NCBI GenBank assembly: GCA_029256705.1
Contig: JAQSXK010000010.1
Location: 10,317 to 74,316, forward strand
DNA length: 64,000 bases
From: Clostridia bacterium
GTDB taxonomy: Bacteria; Bacillota; Clostridia; TANB77; CAG-465
Direction of reading: 5' to 3'
A program made the translations under genes and the position numbers. Positions within the stretch are counted from its first letter, which is position 1; the number at the start of each line of letters is the position of its first letter. The notes under the pieces are model-generated. The model ran no database searches. It was not told where the DNA came from and saw nothing but the letters and a program-made list of their open reading frames with translations. Below are positions 51,417 through 60,427 of this stretch, piece by piece.

Positions 51417-52400
51417 ATGAAAAAAATATTAATAAGTATTATGAAAATTGTTGGTATTATTATAATAGTAATAATTGTATTATTGTTTGTATTAACAATA
51501 GTAAATAATATATTAACTATTAGTGAAAAAGAAAAATACATAAATGTAGGTAAATATGTAATAATAGATGGAAAAAGAATGAATATATATTCAAAAATTA
51601 ATGATAATAAAAAAGATACAATAATATTACTTAGTGGATATGGAAACAGTTCACCAGTTTTAGATTTTATGCCACTTACTAATGAATTAAGTAAAAACTA
51701 TAACGTAGCTATAGTTGAGTATTTTGGATATGGTTGGAGTGATAAGACAGACAAAGAGAGAACATCTAATAATATAATAGAGGAAACTAGAGCTGCCTTA
51801 AAGCAAAGTGGAATTAATCCGCCATATATATTAATGCCACATTCAATTTCTGGAATATATAGTTTATATTATGCAAATAAATATCCTGATGAAGTAAAGG
51901 CTATTATAGGAATAGATCCAAGTGTTCCAGCTCAAATGTACTATGTAGATTTAATAAAAAAGAAAAGTAAATTAGAAAAATTAGTTACAACAACAGGTAT
52001 TGTAAGAGCTATAACTAAAATTAATCCTTCAATAGTCCAACCAAAATCATTAGAAGGTGTGTATTCTAGTGAAGATTTAAATTTAATAAGGATTATGTAT
52101 TGTTGGAATAATTCTAATGAATCATTAATTAATGAGTACAATAATATGTTAAAAAATATGCAAGAAACTGAAAATTATAGATTTCAAAGTAACATACCCG
52201 TGTTATTTTTTCTATCTAAACAAAGTATTAATGTAGACACTGAAATAGGCAAGAATTGGATAAAAATTCATGAGAATTTAATATCTAATATAATTTATAA
52301 AAAAATTACTATTCTTAATGGACCACATCATTTGTATTGGACAGATTTTAAACAGATATCTGAGGAAACATATCAATTTCTAAATAGAGACGATAAATGA
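51417..52400 (+). CDS. alpha/beta hydrolase with an N-terminal membrane anchor
   Basis: The nucleophile elbow is HSISG (GxSxG-like). The ATG at 51417 follows ggaagg. Confidence 0.7.
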   Translation: MKKILISIMKIVGIIIIVIIVLLFVLTIVNNILTISEKEKYINVGKYVIIDGKRMNIYSKINDNKKDTIILLSGYGNSSPVLDFMPLTNELSKNYNVAIVEYFGYGWSDKTDKERTSNNIIEETRAALKQSGINPPYILMPHSISGIYSLYYANKYPDEVKAIIGIDPSVPAQMYYVDLIKKKSKLEKLVTTTGIVRAITKINPSIVQPKSLEGVYSSEDLNLIRIMYCWNNSNESLINEYNNMLKNMQETENYRFQSNIPVLFFLSKQSINVDTEIGKNWIKIHENLISNIIYKKITILNGPHHLYWTDFKQISEETYQFLNRDDK

Positions 52401-52417
52401 TAAATATAACAAAATAA

Positions 52418-52448
52418 AAAAGTACTTTGAAAAATTCAAAGTACTTTT
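52418..52448. terminator. bidirectional intrinsic terminator (hydrolase gene and tRNA-Met)
   Basis: A perfect 14-bp stem (aaaagtactttgaa / ttcaaagtactttt) with a 3-nt loop. Confidence 0.85.
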
Positions 52449-52452
52449 AATT

Positions 52453-52529
52453 TGGTAGCGGCAGTAGGAGTCGAACCTACGACCTTTCGGGTATGAACCG
52501 AACGCTCTAGCCAACTAAGCTATGCCGCC
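52453..52529 (-). tRNA. tRNA-Met (CAT anticodon, elongator type)
   Basis: I folded the reverse complement by hand: GGCGGCA TA GCTT AGTTGGCTA GAGC G TTCGG TTCATAC CCGAA AGGTC GTAGG TTCGACT CCTAC TGCCGCT A CCA. All four stems pair, and the CCA end is encoded. I cannot exclude an Ile2 (lysidine) identity. Confidence 0.85.
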
Positions 52530-52562
52530 ATAAAAAAATGCTATAATTAACTTAGCAAATTA

Positions 52563-52591
52563 ATTATAACATAATTGTCCTTATATGTCAA
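52563..52591 (-). promoter_or_regulatory. consensus promoter of tRNA-Met
   Basis: On the minus strand: TTGACA (52591-52586), a 17-nt spacer, then TATAAT (52568-52563). Confidence 0.7.
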
Positions 52592-52679
52592 TCAATAAAT
52601 TGAAAAAAATAAAATAATTTATAAAAATATATACTAACTTACTTTTGTAAAATATGATATTATAAGTGCATAAAAAATG

Positions 52680-53309
52680 TTATTTCTTTTTTGTAAACGT
52701 ACATTGAGGACTTTTGATTTTTAAATTTTCATAAGGTATAGCGAATGTAACAATTCCGCTAGAATATGGAGCAATATCATATTGCTGATAATAAAAATTA
52801 ATTGTTTTTTGAGTAAGATAGAAATTATTTTCATTAAAGTTTTCCGATATTAATGCTTTATAATTATCAAAATATATACCAGGATTTTCAGCTAAATTTT
52901 TATCTGCCTGAATTTGTATTTCCTTTATAATCATATTTTTGTAATCTGGATTTTCCTTGAATAAGTCTTTAAGCTTTATAATATTTCCATTTTGTAAGTT
53001 AAAAGTATCTGATGATCGTATTGTCATTCCATGCGCCCCACCAGTATATTCATATTGATCATAATATGTACTTAGAGTGCAGTTATCATTTAATGTGAGT
53101 GTATACTTCATAAACGCTTCATATGGATTAAATGGGTAATCTTGCTTAATTGAAGCTTCATATTGTTCTATAGCATTTGGAAGAAGTGTATTTAATGCAT
53201 AATTATAAAATTCATTTGCTACTTTTATAAAGTGTATATTAATTTTCTTTTGAACATTAGGATCTTTTGCTAAAGTAATTATAGGATATTCGATATTGAC
53301 ATTGACCAT
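52680..53309 (-). CDS. DUF3298/DUF4163-domain protein (RsiV / PdaC C-terminal-like); start uncertain
   Basis: It has the motifs YTGGAHG and F..Y..APY..G. The tracked ATG has a poor SD, whereas a strong SD lies 90 nt upstream (see findings). Confidence 0.7.
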   Translation of the reverse strand: MVNVNIEYPIITLAKDPNVQKKINIHFIKVANEFYNYALNTLLPNAIEQYEASIKQDYPFNPYEAFMKYTLTLNDNCTLSTYYDQYEYTGGAHGMTIRSSDTFNLQNGNIIKLKDLFKENPDYKNMIIKEIQIQADKNLAENPGIYFDNYKALISENFNENNFYLTQKTINFYYQQYDIAPYSSGIVTFAIPYENLKIKSPQCTFTKKK

Positions 53310-53500
53310 TATTTTTTCTTTGTGTGTAAAACTTTTTTTAATACTTTTTGTTGTTACATTAGCGCTATTATTAATAATGTTTCTCGTTTTAAATCACCTC
53401 CTATAACATAATATGCAATATCATTATTATAGTTATCTCAGAAACTTTGAATTTTAATATATACATTAAATAAAAAGATATATAATTTCTTTGGTATTAG

Positions 53501-53529
53501 TTGACTAAAATAAGGAGTAGTGATATAAT
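53501..53529 (+). promoter_or_regulatory. promoter of the ABC transporter operon
   Basis: TTGACT (53501-53506), a 17-nt spacer with a TG extension, then TATAAT (53524-53529). Confidence 0.65.
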
Positions 53530-53579
53530 TTTTGTATTAAATCATATATAAAAATATATACGTAAAGGAGATAATAAAA

Positions 53580-54464
53580 ATGAACGTAATTGAAATTAAA
53601 AATTTAACTAAGTATTACAATAAATCTAGAGGTATAATTGATGTTAGTTTTGATGTTAAAGAAGGTGAAATATTCGGGTTTATTGGACCGAATGGTTCTG
53701 GTAAAAGTACTACAATTAGAACTTTACTTGGTTTAATACATCCTACAAATGGTGAAGCTAAAATATTTGGTATGGATTGCGCTAGTAATTCGCCTAAAAT
53801 AATGAAAGAAGTAGGGTATCTTCCTTCAGAAGTATTTTATTATGATGGAATGAAAGTTATAGATTTACTTAATTATTCAGCTTCTTTCTATAAAAAAGAT
53901 TGTTCAAAAAGAATAGAAGAACTTTCAAAAATAATGGATTTGGATTTAAATAGAAAAATAGATGAGTTATCTTATGGTAATAAAAAGAAAGTAGGTATTG
54001 TTCAGGCATTACTTCATGAACCAAAACTTATTATTTTAGATGAACCAACTGGTGGACTTGATCCTCTGATGCAACAAAAGTTTTTTGATTTATTAAAAGA
54101 AGAAAATAAAAAAGGTGCAACTATTTTCTTCTCATCACATGTTTTAAGTGAAGTACAAAGGATATGTGATAAAGTTGCTATAATTAAGGAAGGTAAAATT
54201 GTTAAATTAGAGAAGATGAGTGAAATTAATGATAGTAATTATAAAAGATTTAAAATAGAGACTAAAGATAAAGTAGAAGATAGTTATTTTCAAATTGATG
54301 GAGTTAATGAATTAAAAATAGAAGAAAATACTCATAGTTTCATGTTTAAAGGTGATGTAAATGATATACTAAAAAAAATAGCAACTATACAAGTAAATAA
54401 CATATGGATAGATGAATTAGATCTTGAAGAAATATTTCTACATTATTATAATAAGGGGGAGTAA
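53580..54464 (+). CDS. ABC transporter ATP-binding protein
   Basis: Walker A is GPNGSGKST, the signature-like motif is LSYGNKKK, and Walker B is LIILDEP. Confidence 0.9.
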   Translation: MNVIEIKNLTKYYNKSRGIIDVSFDVKEGEIFGFIGPNGSGKSTTIRTLLGLIHPTNGEAKIFGMDCASNSPKIMKEVGYLPSEVFYYDGMKVIDLLNYSASFYKKDCSKRIEELSKIMDLDLNRKIDELSYGNKKKVGIVQALLHEPKLIILDEPTGGLDPLMQQKFFDLLKEENKKGATIFFSSHVLSEVQRICDKVAIIKEGKIVKLEKMSEINDSNYKRFKIETKDKVEDSYFQIDGVNELKIEENTHSFMFKGDVNDILKKIATIQVNNIWIDELDLEEIFLHYYNKGE

Positions 54465-54467
54465 GAA

Positions 54468-55256
54468 ATGAATATTTACTTACATGAATTAAAATCTAAT
54501 ATGAAATTTGCTTTCATCTGGATTATAGTATTGATTATGTTAGCTGCAATTATGGTATTAATGTATACTAGTATTAGTCAAGATATAGATGTTTTTAAAT
54601 CTATGTTAAATAATTTTCCTGAAAACTTGAGAATTGTATTTGGAATTAGTATTGAAAGAATAGGTTCAATACTAGGATATTATTCATCTTTTGTACTGAC
54701 GATTATACTTGTATCTTGCTCAGTAGAAGCGATGATTCTAGGAGTTTCTATTCTATCTAAAGAGACAAGAGAAAAGACAGCAGATTTTCTATACACAAAA
54801 CCTATTTCAAGAAACAAAATTATTACATCCAAATTACTTGCTTCATTTACTTTACTATGTATATCTAACATTATTTATACATTAAGTTTGTTTTTTGCAC
54901 TATCGAGCGTTTCTGGTGTAAGTTTTAACTTAAACACATTTTTTTTAATAGCATTTATACCTTTTATTGTTCAACTTATATTTTTTACTTTAGGTATATT
55001 TGTATCTGCAATATTTAGTAAAATAAAAGCTGTACTTCCAATATCTATGGGTATTGTATTTGCCTTTTATTTATTAAGCTCTTTTGCTGATGAGAAACTT
55101 AGAGTATTAATGCCATTTAAATATTTTGACACAAATTATATATTAAATAATTCAAAATATGAATTAAGTTATACCATTCTTACATTTGCAATAATTGCTA
55201 TATTGACAATCTTAACATATGCAATATATAATAAAAAAGATATACAATCAGTATAG
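54468..55256 (+). CDS. ABC-2 family permease
   Basis: It has about 6 TM helices and is coupled to the upstream ATPase gene by a 3-nt gap. Confidence 0.75.
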   Translation: MNIYLHELKSNMKFAFIWIIVLIMLAAIMVLMYTSISQDIDVFKSMLNNFPENLRIVFGISIERIGSILGYYSSFVLTIILVSCSVEAMILGVSILSKETREKTADFLYTKPISRNKIITSKLLASFTLLCISNIIYTLSLFFALSSVSGVSFNLNTFFLIAFIPFIVQLIFFTLGIFVSAIFSKIKAVLPISMGIVFAFYLLSSFADEKLRVLMPFKYFDTNYILNNSKYELSYTILTFAIIAILTILTYAIYNKKDIQSV

Positions 55257-55268
55257 AGGGGTGAATAT

Positions 55269-56072
55269 ATGAATATTTATTTAAGAGAATTAAATGCTAA
55301 TAAAAAAGCGTTAATAATTTGGTCAATATGTATGATACTATTTGTTATGATGGGAATGCAAAAGTATGAAGCACTTACAAGTGGTGGGACAAATATGACA
55401 GCATTTAATGAGATGGTAGATGCAATGCCTAAAGTAATTCAAACAATGTGGGGGATATCTGAGATAGATATTACAAAACCTATTGGATATTTTGCAGTTT
55501 TGTTTCCATTTTTATTAGTAATGGGAGGAATACATGCGAGTATGATAGGTTCTAATATAATTTCTAAAGAAGAAAGAGATAAAACTGTTGAATTTTTGAT
55601 GACTAAACCAGTGTCAAGAAAAAAGATTATTACTGTAAAACTTATTGCTTCTTTAACAAATATATTGATTTTTAATGTAGTTATATTCATAACCTCATTA
55701 ATTACTTTAAATAGTTTAACTAGTGAACCAATATTAACTCAAATAATATTATCTGCAATTGCTATGCTCTTTGTACAACTATTATTTATGGTTATTGGAC
55801 TTGGTATGGCAACTATGAGTAAAAATTATAAAAAATCTGGAAGTATAACTGTTTCAATATTACTTAGTACATACTTTTTATCTTTAATAATAGATATGAC
55901 AGATAAATTAGAAATATTTAATTTGTTAACACCATTTAAATATTTTGATGCAAAAGAATTTCTTACAACTAATAAATTAAATATATGGTACATAATTTTA
56001 ACTATTGTTATTATGATGGCAATTCTTATACCTTCATATAGAAAATATAATAGTAGAGATTTAAATATGTAA
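55269..56072 (+). CDS. ABC-2 family permease (paralog of the preceding gene)
   Basis: It has the same N-terminal pattern (MNIYL.EL..N.K) and the shared motif SKE.R(D/E)KT..FL.TKP(V/I)SR.KIIT.KL.AS. Confidence 0.75.
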   Translation: MNIYLRELNANKKALIIWSICMILFVMMGMQKYEALTSGGTNMTAFNEMVDAMPKVIQTMWGISEIDITKPIGYFAVLFPFLLVMGGIHASMIGSNIISKEERDKTVEFLMTKPVSRKKIITVKLIASLTNILIFNVVIFITSLITLNSLTSEPILTQIILSAIAMLFVQLLFMVIGLGMATMSKNYKKSGSITVSILLSTYFLSLIIDMTDKLEIFNLLTPFKYFDAKEFLTTNKLNIWYIILTIVIMMAILIPSYRKYNSRDLNM

Positions 56073-56098
56073 TATGATTTTATTTTATAAATTTTAAA

Positions 56099-56800
56099 TT
56101 ATTGATACATGGTAGTGGAGTCTAATACTTCTATATCTGTCGTACTACCAAAAACGTTTTTGTCTATTTCGGCTAGTAAATGCCACATTGCCATATCTGC
56201 GGTACCAATTTCAGCTATATCTCTTTTTAAAAATATGTCTATTCTGTTAAAAGCTTTATCTTTTGTAATTCTATCTATTTTATTTGTATTAGATCCACTA
56301 GATTCTTGAATATTAACAATAACTAATACATTATTATTAAAATAACTTTCACTATACTTCTCAAAGGATGAATATAATGTTTCATCATTATACTTTACTT
56401 TGTATTTTTTTAGGTCAGATAATGATTTAATTATATCTACCGAGGGACTATTGAAGTTGTCGATATAAATATGTGTCTGTATACTTTTTGAACTAAATGT
56501 TATAGGTACAGGAGTTGGTGAAATCCCTTGAAGTATATCTTTATCAAAAGGATTATTAAACTGCATAAAATAAGTTCCTATTTTGTATAATTCTTTATTG
56601 TTTTCCAAATCTACATACTTTATAACCTTGTAGCCAAATCCAATATATTCACTGCTACCACCATCTTCATATGATTTTACTTGTATACAAAGAATAGGAG
56701 ATTTATTATTATCTACTCTAATAAAATCAATTGCAAATAATATCATTCCAAATATAATTAATATTCCTAAAACAACTATAATTTTTGTACTTGTTTTCAT
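56099..56800 (-). CDS. hypothetical membrane-anchored / secreted protein (233 aa)
   Basis: There is an N-terminal TM/signal segment (IIVVLGILIIFGMILFAI). I recognise no family. Confidence 0.55.
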   Translation of the reverse strand: MKTSTKIIVVLGILIIFGMILFAIDFIRVDNNKSPILCIQVKSYEDGGSSEYIGFGYKVIKYVDLENNKELYKIGTYFMQFNNPFDKDILQGISPTPVPITFSSKSIQTHIYIDNFNSPSVDIIKSLSDLKKYKVKYNDETLYSSFEKYSESYFNNNVLVIVNIQESSGSNTNKIDRITKDKAFNRIDIFLKRDIAEIGTADMAMWHLLAEIDKNVFGSTTDIEVLDSTTMYQ

Positions 56801-56960
56801 ATATCTATACCTCCATAAAATAACATACTTTAATATATAAAATTAGTATATACAATTTTTTAAAAAATGTCAATTAAATTTTAAAATTAATAGATTATTT
56901 TTTTGTTTTGTGATAAAATATAAATATATTATTATTAAGTATAATTTAGGAGGTAAATAT

Positions 56961-58115
56961 ATGAGTACAAATAGAATAATATTAAATGAAACTTCATATT
57001 TTGGTAGAGGTTCAAGAGAAGTATTAACTAATGAAATAAAACAAAGAGGATTTTCAAATGTCCTTGTTGTTACAGATAAGGCATTACTTAATGCTGGTGT
57101 TACAGATAAAGTAACAAGTATATTAGATAAAGAAAATATAACATATAACGTATTTTCTAATTTAAAACCTAACCCAACAATAGACAACGTAAAAGATGGG
57201 GTTCAAGTTTGTAAGTTATATAACTCAGATTGTATAGTTGCCGTAGGTGGTGGATCTGCGATAGATACTGCTAAAGCTATAGCAATTATTATTAAAAACC
57301 CAGAATTTTCTGATGTAAAATCTTTAGATGGAGTAGCAAATACAAAAAATAAATGTCTTCCAATAATTGCATTTCCAACAACTGCAGGAACTGCTGCGGA
57401 AGTAACTATAAACTATGTTATAACAGATGAACAAAATGTTAAAAAAATGGTATGTGTTGACCCTCACGATATACCTGTTGTTGCAATAATCGATTCTGAA
57501 CTTATGGAATCAATGCCAAAAGTGCTTGCAGCGGCTACTGGAATGGACGCTTTAACACATGCTATGGAAGGATATATAACAAAAGCTGCTTGGTCAATGA
57601 CAGATATGTTCCATATAAGAGCAATAAAACTTATATTCGATAACCTAGAAAAAGCAGTTATACAAAAAGATATAGTATCAATAGAAAATATGGCACTTGC
57701 ACAATATACTGCAGGTCAAGGGTTTTCAAATGTTGGACTTGGTATAGTTCATTCTATGGCTCATCAATTAGGAGCAGTTTATGATACTCCTCATGGAATA
57801 GCAAATGCATTACTTTTACCTTATGTAATGAAATATAACGGAGAAGTATGTGAAGAAAGATTTAGAGAAATATTAAAAGCATTAGAAGTAAATACAAGTA
57901 ATATGAATAAAGAACAAGTAGTAGAAACACTAGTGGGTAAAATAACGAATCTTTCTATTTCTCTAGGTATACCACAAAAATTAAATGAGATTAATGTTAA
58001 AGATACTGATATACAAATGCTTGCAGAGAAAGCATACAATGATATTTGTACAGGTGGAAATCCAAGAACAACTTCAGTAGAAGATATAGCTAAAATATAT
58101 AAAGAGGCATATTAA
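56961..58115 (+). CDS. iron-containing alcohol dehydrogenase (lactaldehyde/propanediol oxidoreductase-like)
   Basis: It has GGGSAIDTAK and Fe-ADH His motifs (THAMEGY, HSMAHQLG, HG.ANA). The ATG at 56961 follows aggagg. Confidence 0.88.
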   Translation: MSTNRIILNETSYFGRGSREVLTNEIKQRGFSNVLVVTDKALLNAGVTDKVTSILDKENITYNVFSNLKPNPTIDNVKDGVQVCKLYNSDCIVAVGGGSAIDTAKAIAIIIKNPEFSDVKSLDGVANTKNKCLPIIAFPTTAGTAAEVTINYVITDEQNVKKMVCVDPHDIPVVAIIDSELMESMPKVLAAATGMDALTHAMEGYITKAAWSMTDMFHIRAIKLIFDNLEKAVIQKDIVSIENMALAQYTAGQGFSNVGLGIVHSMAHQLGAVYDTPHGIANALLLPYVMKYNGEVCEERFREILKALEVNTSNMNKEQVVETLVGKITNLSISLGIPQKLNEINVKDTDIQMLAEKAYNDICTGGNPRTTSVEDIAKIYKEAY

Positions 58116-58134
58116 ATTAAATAATAAATCAATA

Positions 58135-58166
58135 AAAAATGTACTTAGAAATAGGTACATTTTTTT
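58135..58166 (+). terminator. intrinsic terminator after the adh gene
   Basis: A perfect 10-bp stem (aaaaatgtac / gtacattttt) with a T run. Confidence 0.75.
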
Positions 58167-58317
58167 ATATAAATATAATATAATAAAATTTTTATTTAAA
58201 TATGTTTAATTTTAATTAATATTGTGATATAATTTCTATAATTGGAATATTTAGGAATAACTGAATATATATTTTCCTAAATTTAGATGGACAAAAAAGT
58301 ACGTAGAGGAGAAATTG

Positions 58318-58977
58318 ATGAGTAAAATTATTAAGCTAATAATATTTTTTGTATTTGTTATAATAATATTTTCTGTTTTATTAACACTAGATAAATTTAA
58401 TATGCTTCCAAAAGAAATCTTTTACGCAAACGATTTTAATATACAAGTAATTAAAAGTAATAAAGATGCAGATTATGACGGTATAGAGGATTATGCAGAT
58501 ATATTACAAGGAGCAAAAATTGAGGCTAGTAACAAACCAAAATATAAAAGTGAGTATTATAGAGGAGGTTATCCACCAGAGGGTGAAGGCGTATGTACAG
58601 ATGTTGTATGGAGATCTTTAAAAAATGCCGGATATAATTTGAAAGAACTAATAGATTTAGATATAAAAGAAAATTTAAAACTATACAAAGCTATAGATGT
58701 ACCAGATCCAAATATAGATTTTCGTAGAGTTAGAAATTTAAAAGTGTTTTTTGATAATCACTATACCATCCTTACAAACGATCCATATGATATTACTGAA
58801 TGGATGCCCGGAGATATAGTCATATTTGGAACTACACATATAGCTGTAATTTCAGATAGACGAAATAAAGAGGGACTTCCATATATAATACATAACGCAA
58901 GTCAACCTAATAGAGATGAAGACGCGATTATATATTGGTATAGCACTAGGGGTATAACAGGGCATTATCGTATTTGA
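58318..58977 (+). CDS. DUF1287-domain protein with an N-terminal anchor
   Basis: The pattern D.D.DGI.DY.DIL.GA...A...P.Y...YY.GGYPP...GVCTDVVWR...AGY.L resembles the DUF1287 family. Confidence 0.65.
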   Translation: MSKIIKLIIFFVFVIIIFSVLLTLDKFNMLPKEIFYANDFNIQVIKSNKDADYDGIEDYADILQGAKIEASNKPKYKSEYYRGGYPPEGEGVCTDVVWRSLKNAGYNLKELIDLDIKENLKLYKAIDVPDPNIDFRRVRNLKVFFDNHYTILTNDPYDITEWMPGDIVIFGTTHIAVISDRRNKEGLPYIIHNASQPNRDEDAIIYWYSTRGITGHYRI

Positions 58978-59057
58978 ATTTAAAATCACATACGTTAAAT
59001 TCATATAAAGTAGGTATATTTATATACTTAAGTATACATTAGAAAGAAGGAAAAAAT

Positions 59058-60089
59058 ATGAAATTATCTAAAAATAAAATAATAATTATAACTGTAGTAG
59101 TATTACTTTTAATAACTGTATCAGTACTAATATATACATTAAATGTATCATCTAATCCACCAGAATTATATGTTAAAACAAATAATGTATTAGAAACTAA
59201 ATGCATTAAAGGTGGATTTAAATGGAACTATTTAGGAGGAAGTAGTGTGGCAGATGCCTTATCACCAACTAAAATGGAGTATACCGAGGAAAATACAATA
59301 TATGTTAATCCTAGCGAAACTTTAATATTTAGTAATTCAAGTAATTATAAAATGTATAATGAAGATATTAGATATTATGATGAAGAACTTAAAGAACAAA
59401 TAATAACATCAGATATAGCATCAGCCACTACAGAATCAAAAACAGTATCTTTTGATGCGCCAAAGCAATTAGGTACATATATACTTTCAATTACTATTAA
59501 TTATTATGATAAAGGCAGTGTACAATATGGTGTAAAAGTAGTAGTAACTTATGATGTATCATCACTAGAACAATATGCAAATACGTATGTAGGAGATGCT
59601 TCAAAAGTATCTGCAATATTAAATTTATTACCATATGGTAATTATAAAAATGGAATAGAGCTTATTACATCAAAAGAGCCATATGGAATTATAACAAATT
59701 ACTCAAATAAAGATTTATCAAAATCAGAATTAGAATTTAATACATTAGCACTATTTACTTTAGTACAAAATGTAGATAATATAACATATAACATAAAAAG
59801 CGGGGATAATATAAAAACTTATACTGTAACAAGAAATGAGCTAAAAGGAAAATATAATTTAACTATTGAAGGACTAAAAAATTATATTAGTAAGAAAGAT
59901 AAAGAGTATGTTCAATTAGAAAACTTAAGCAAAGAATATACATTAAAAAATGCAATTGAAGATAATTGTTTTGTATGGAATATACAAGAAGAATATAATA
60001 GAGAAGTTTTAGAAAATTTTGTGAGCAAAGTAAATAATAAACAAAACGCTTTTATTCGTATAGCTAAAGTAACAATTGAAGGTGAATAA
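59058..60089 (+). CDS. DUF4825-like protein with a truncated C-terminal DUF4362-like segment
   Basis: The central YVGDASKVSAILNLLPYG...NTLALFTLVQNVD segment resembles DUF4825. The C-terminal ...LENFVSKVNNKQNAFIRIAKVTIEGE stops where DUF4362 homologs normally continue. Confidence 0.55.
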   Translation: MKLSKNKIIIITVVVLLLITVSVLIYTLNVSSNPPELYVKTNNVLETKCIKGGFKWNYLGGSSVADALSPTKMEYTEENTIYVNPSETLIFSNSSNYKMYNEDIRYYDEELKEQIITSDIASATTESKTVSFDAPKQLGTYILSITINYYDKGSVQYGVKVVVTYDVSSLEQYANTYVGDASKVSAILNLLPYGNYKNGIELITSKEPYGIITNYSNKDLSKSELEFNTLALFTLVQNVDNITYNIKSGDNIKTYTVTRNELKGKYNLTIEGLKNYISKKDKEYVQLENLSKEYTLKNAIEDNCFVWNIQEEYNREVLENFVSKVNNKQNAFIRIAKVTIEGE

Positions 60090-60427
60090 AAATAACTACT
60101 GGATCAGATAATGATATATCAAGTGTTATACTTCATAATGGTAATAGCGAAATGCATGAGGTTACGGAAACATATATTATATATACTAACGGTTATTAAT
60201 TAAAATATAATAAAAAAATGCACCTAATTTTGGTACATTTTTTGTTTCCATGAAATTAAATTGACACATAAAATATAAAATCTGTTTTTGTACAAAGAAA
60301 TGACATAAAATATTAATATACGCCATATTTCGACAAAAAGTTATAAATTTATGTGATAAAATTCAACCAATAGAATAATTATATGAAATTTTTCTAGAAT
60401 TGATTAAAAATATTGGGAGGAATTATC

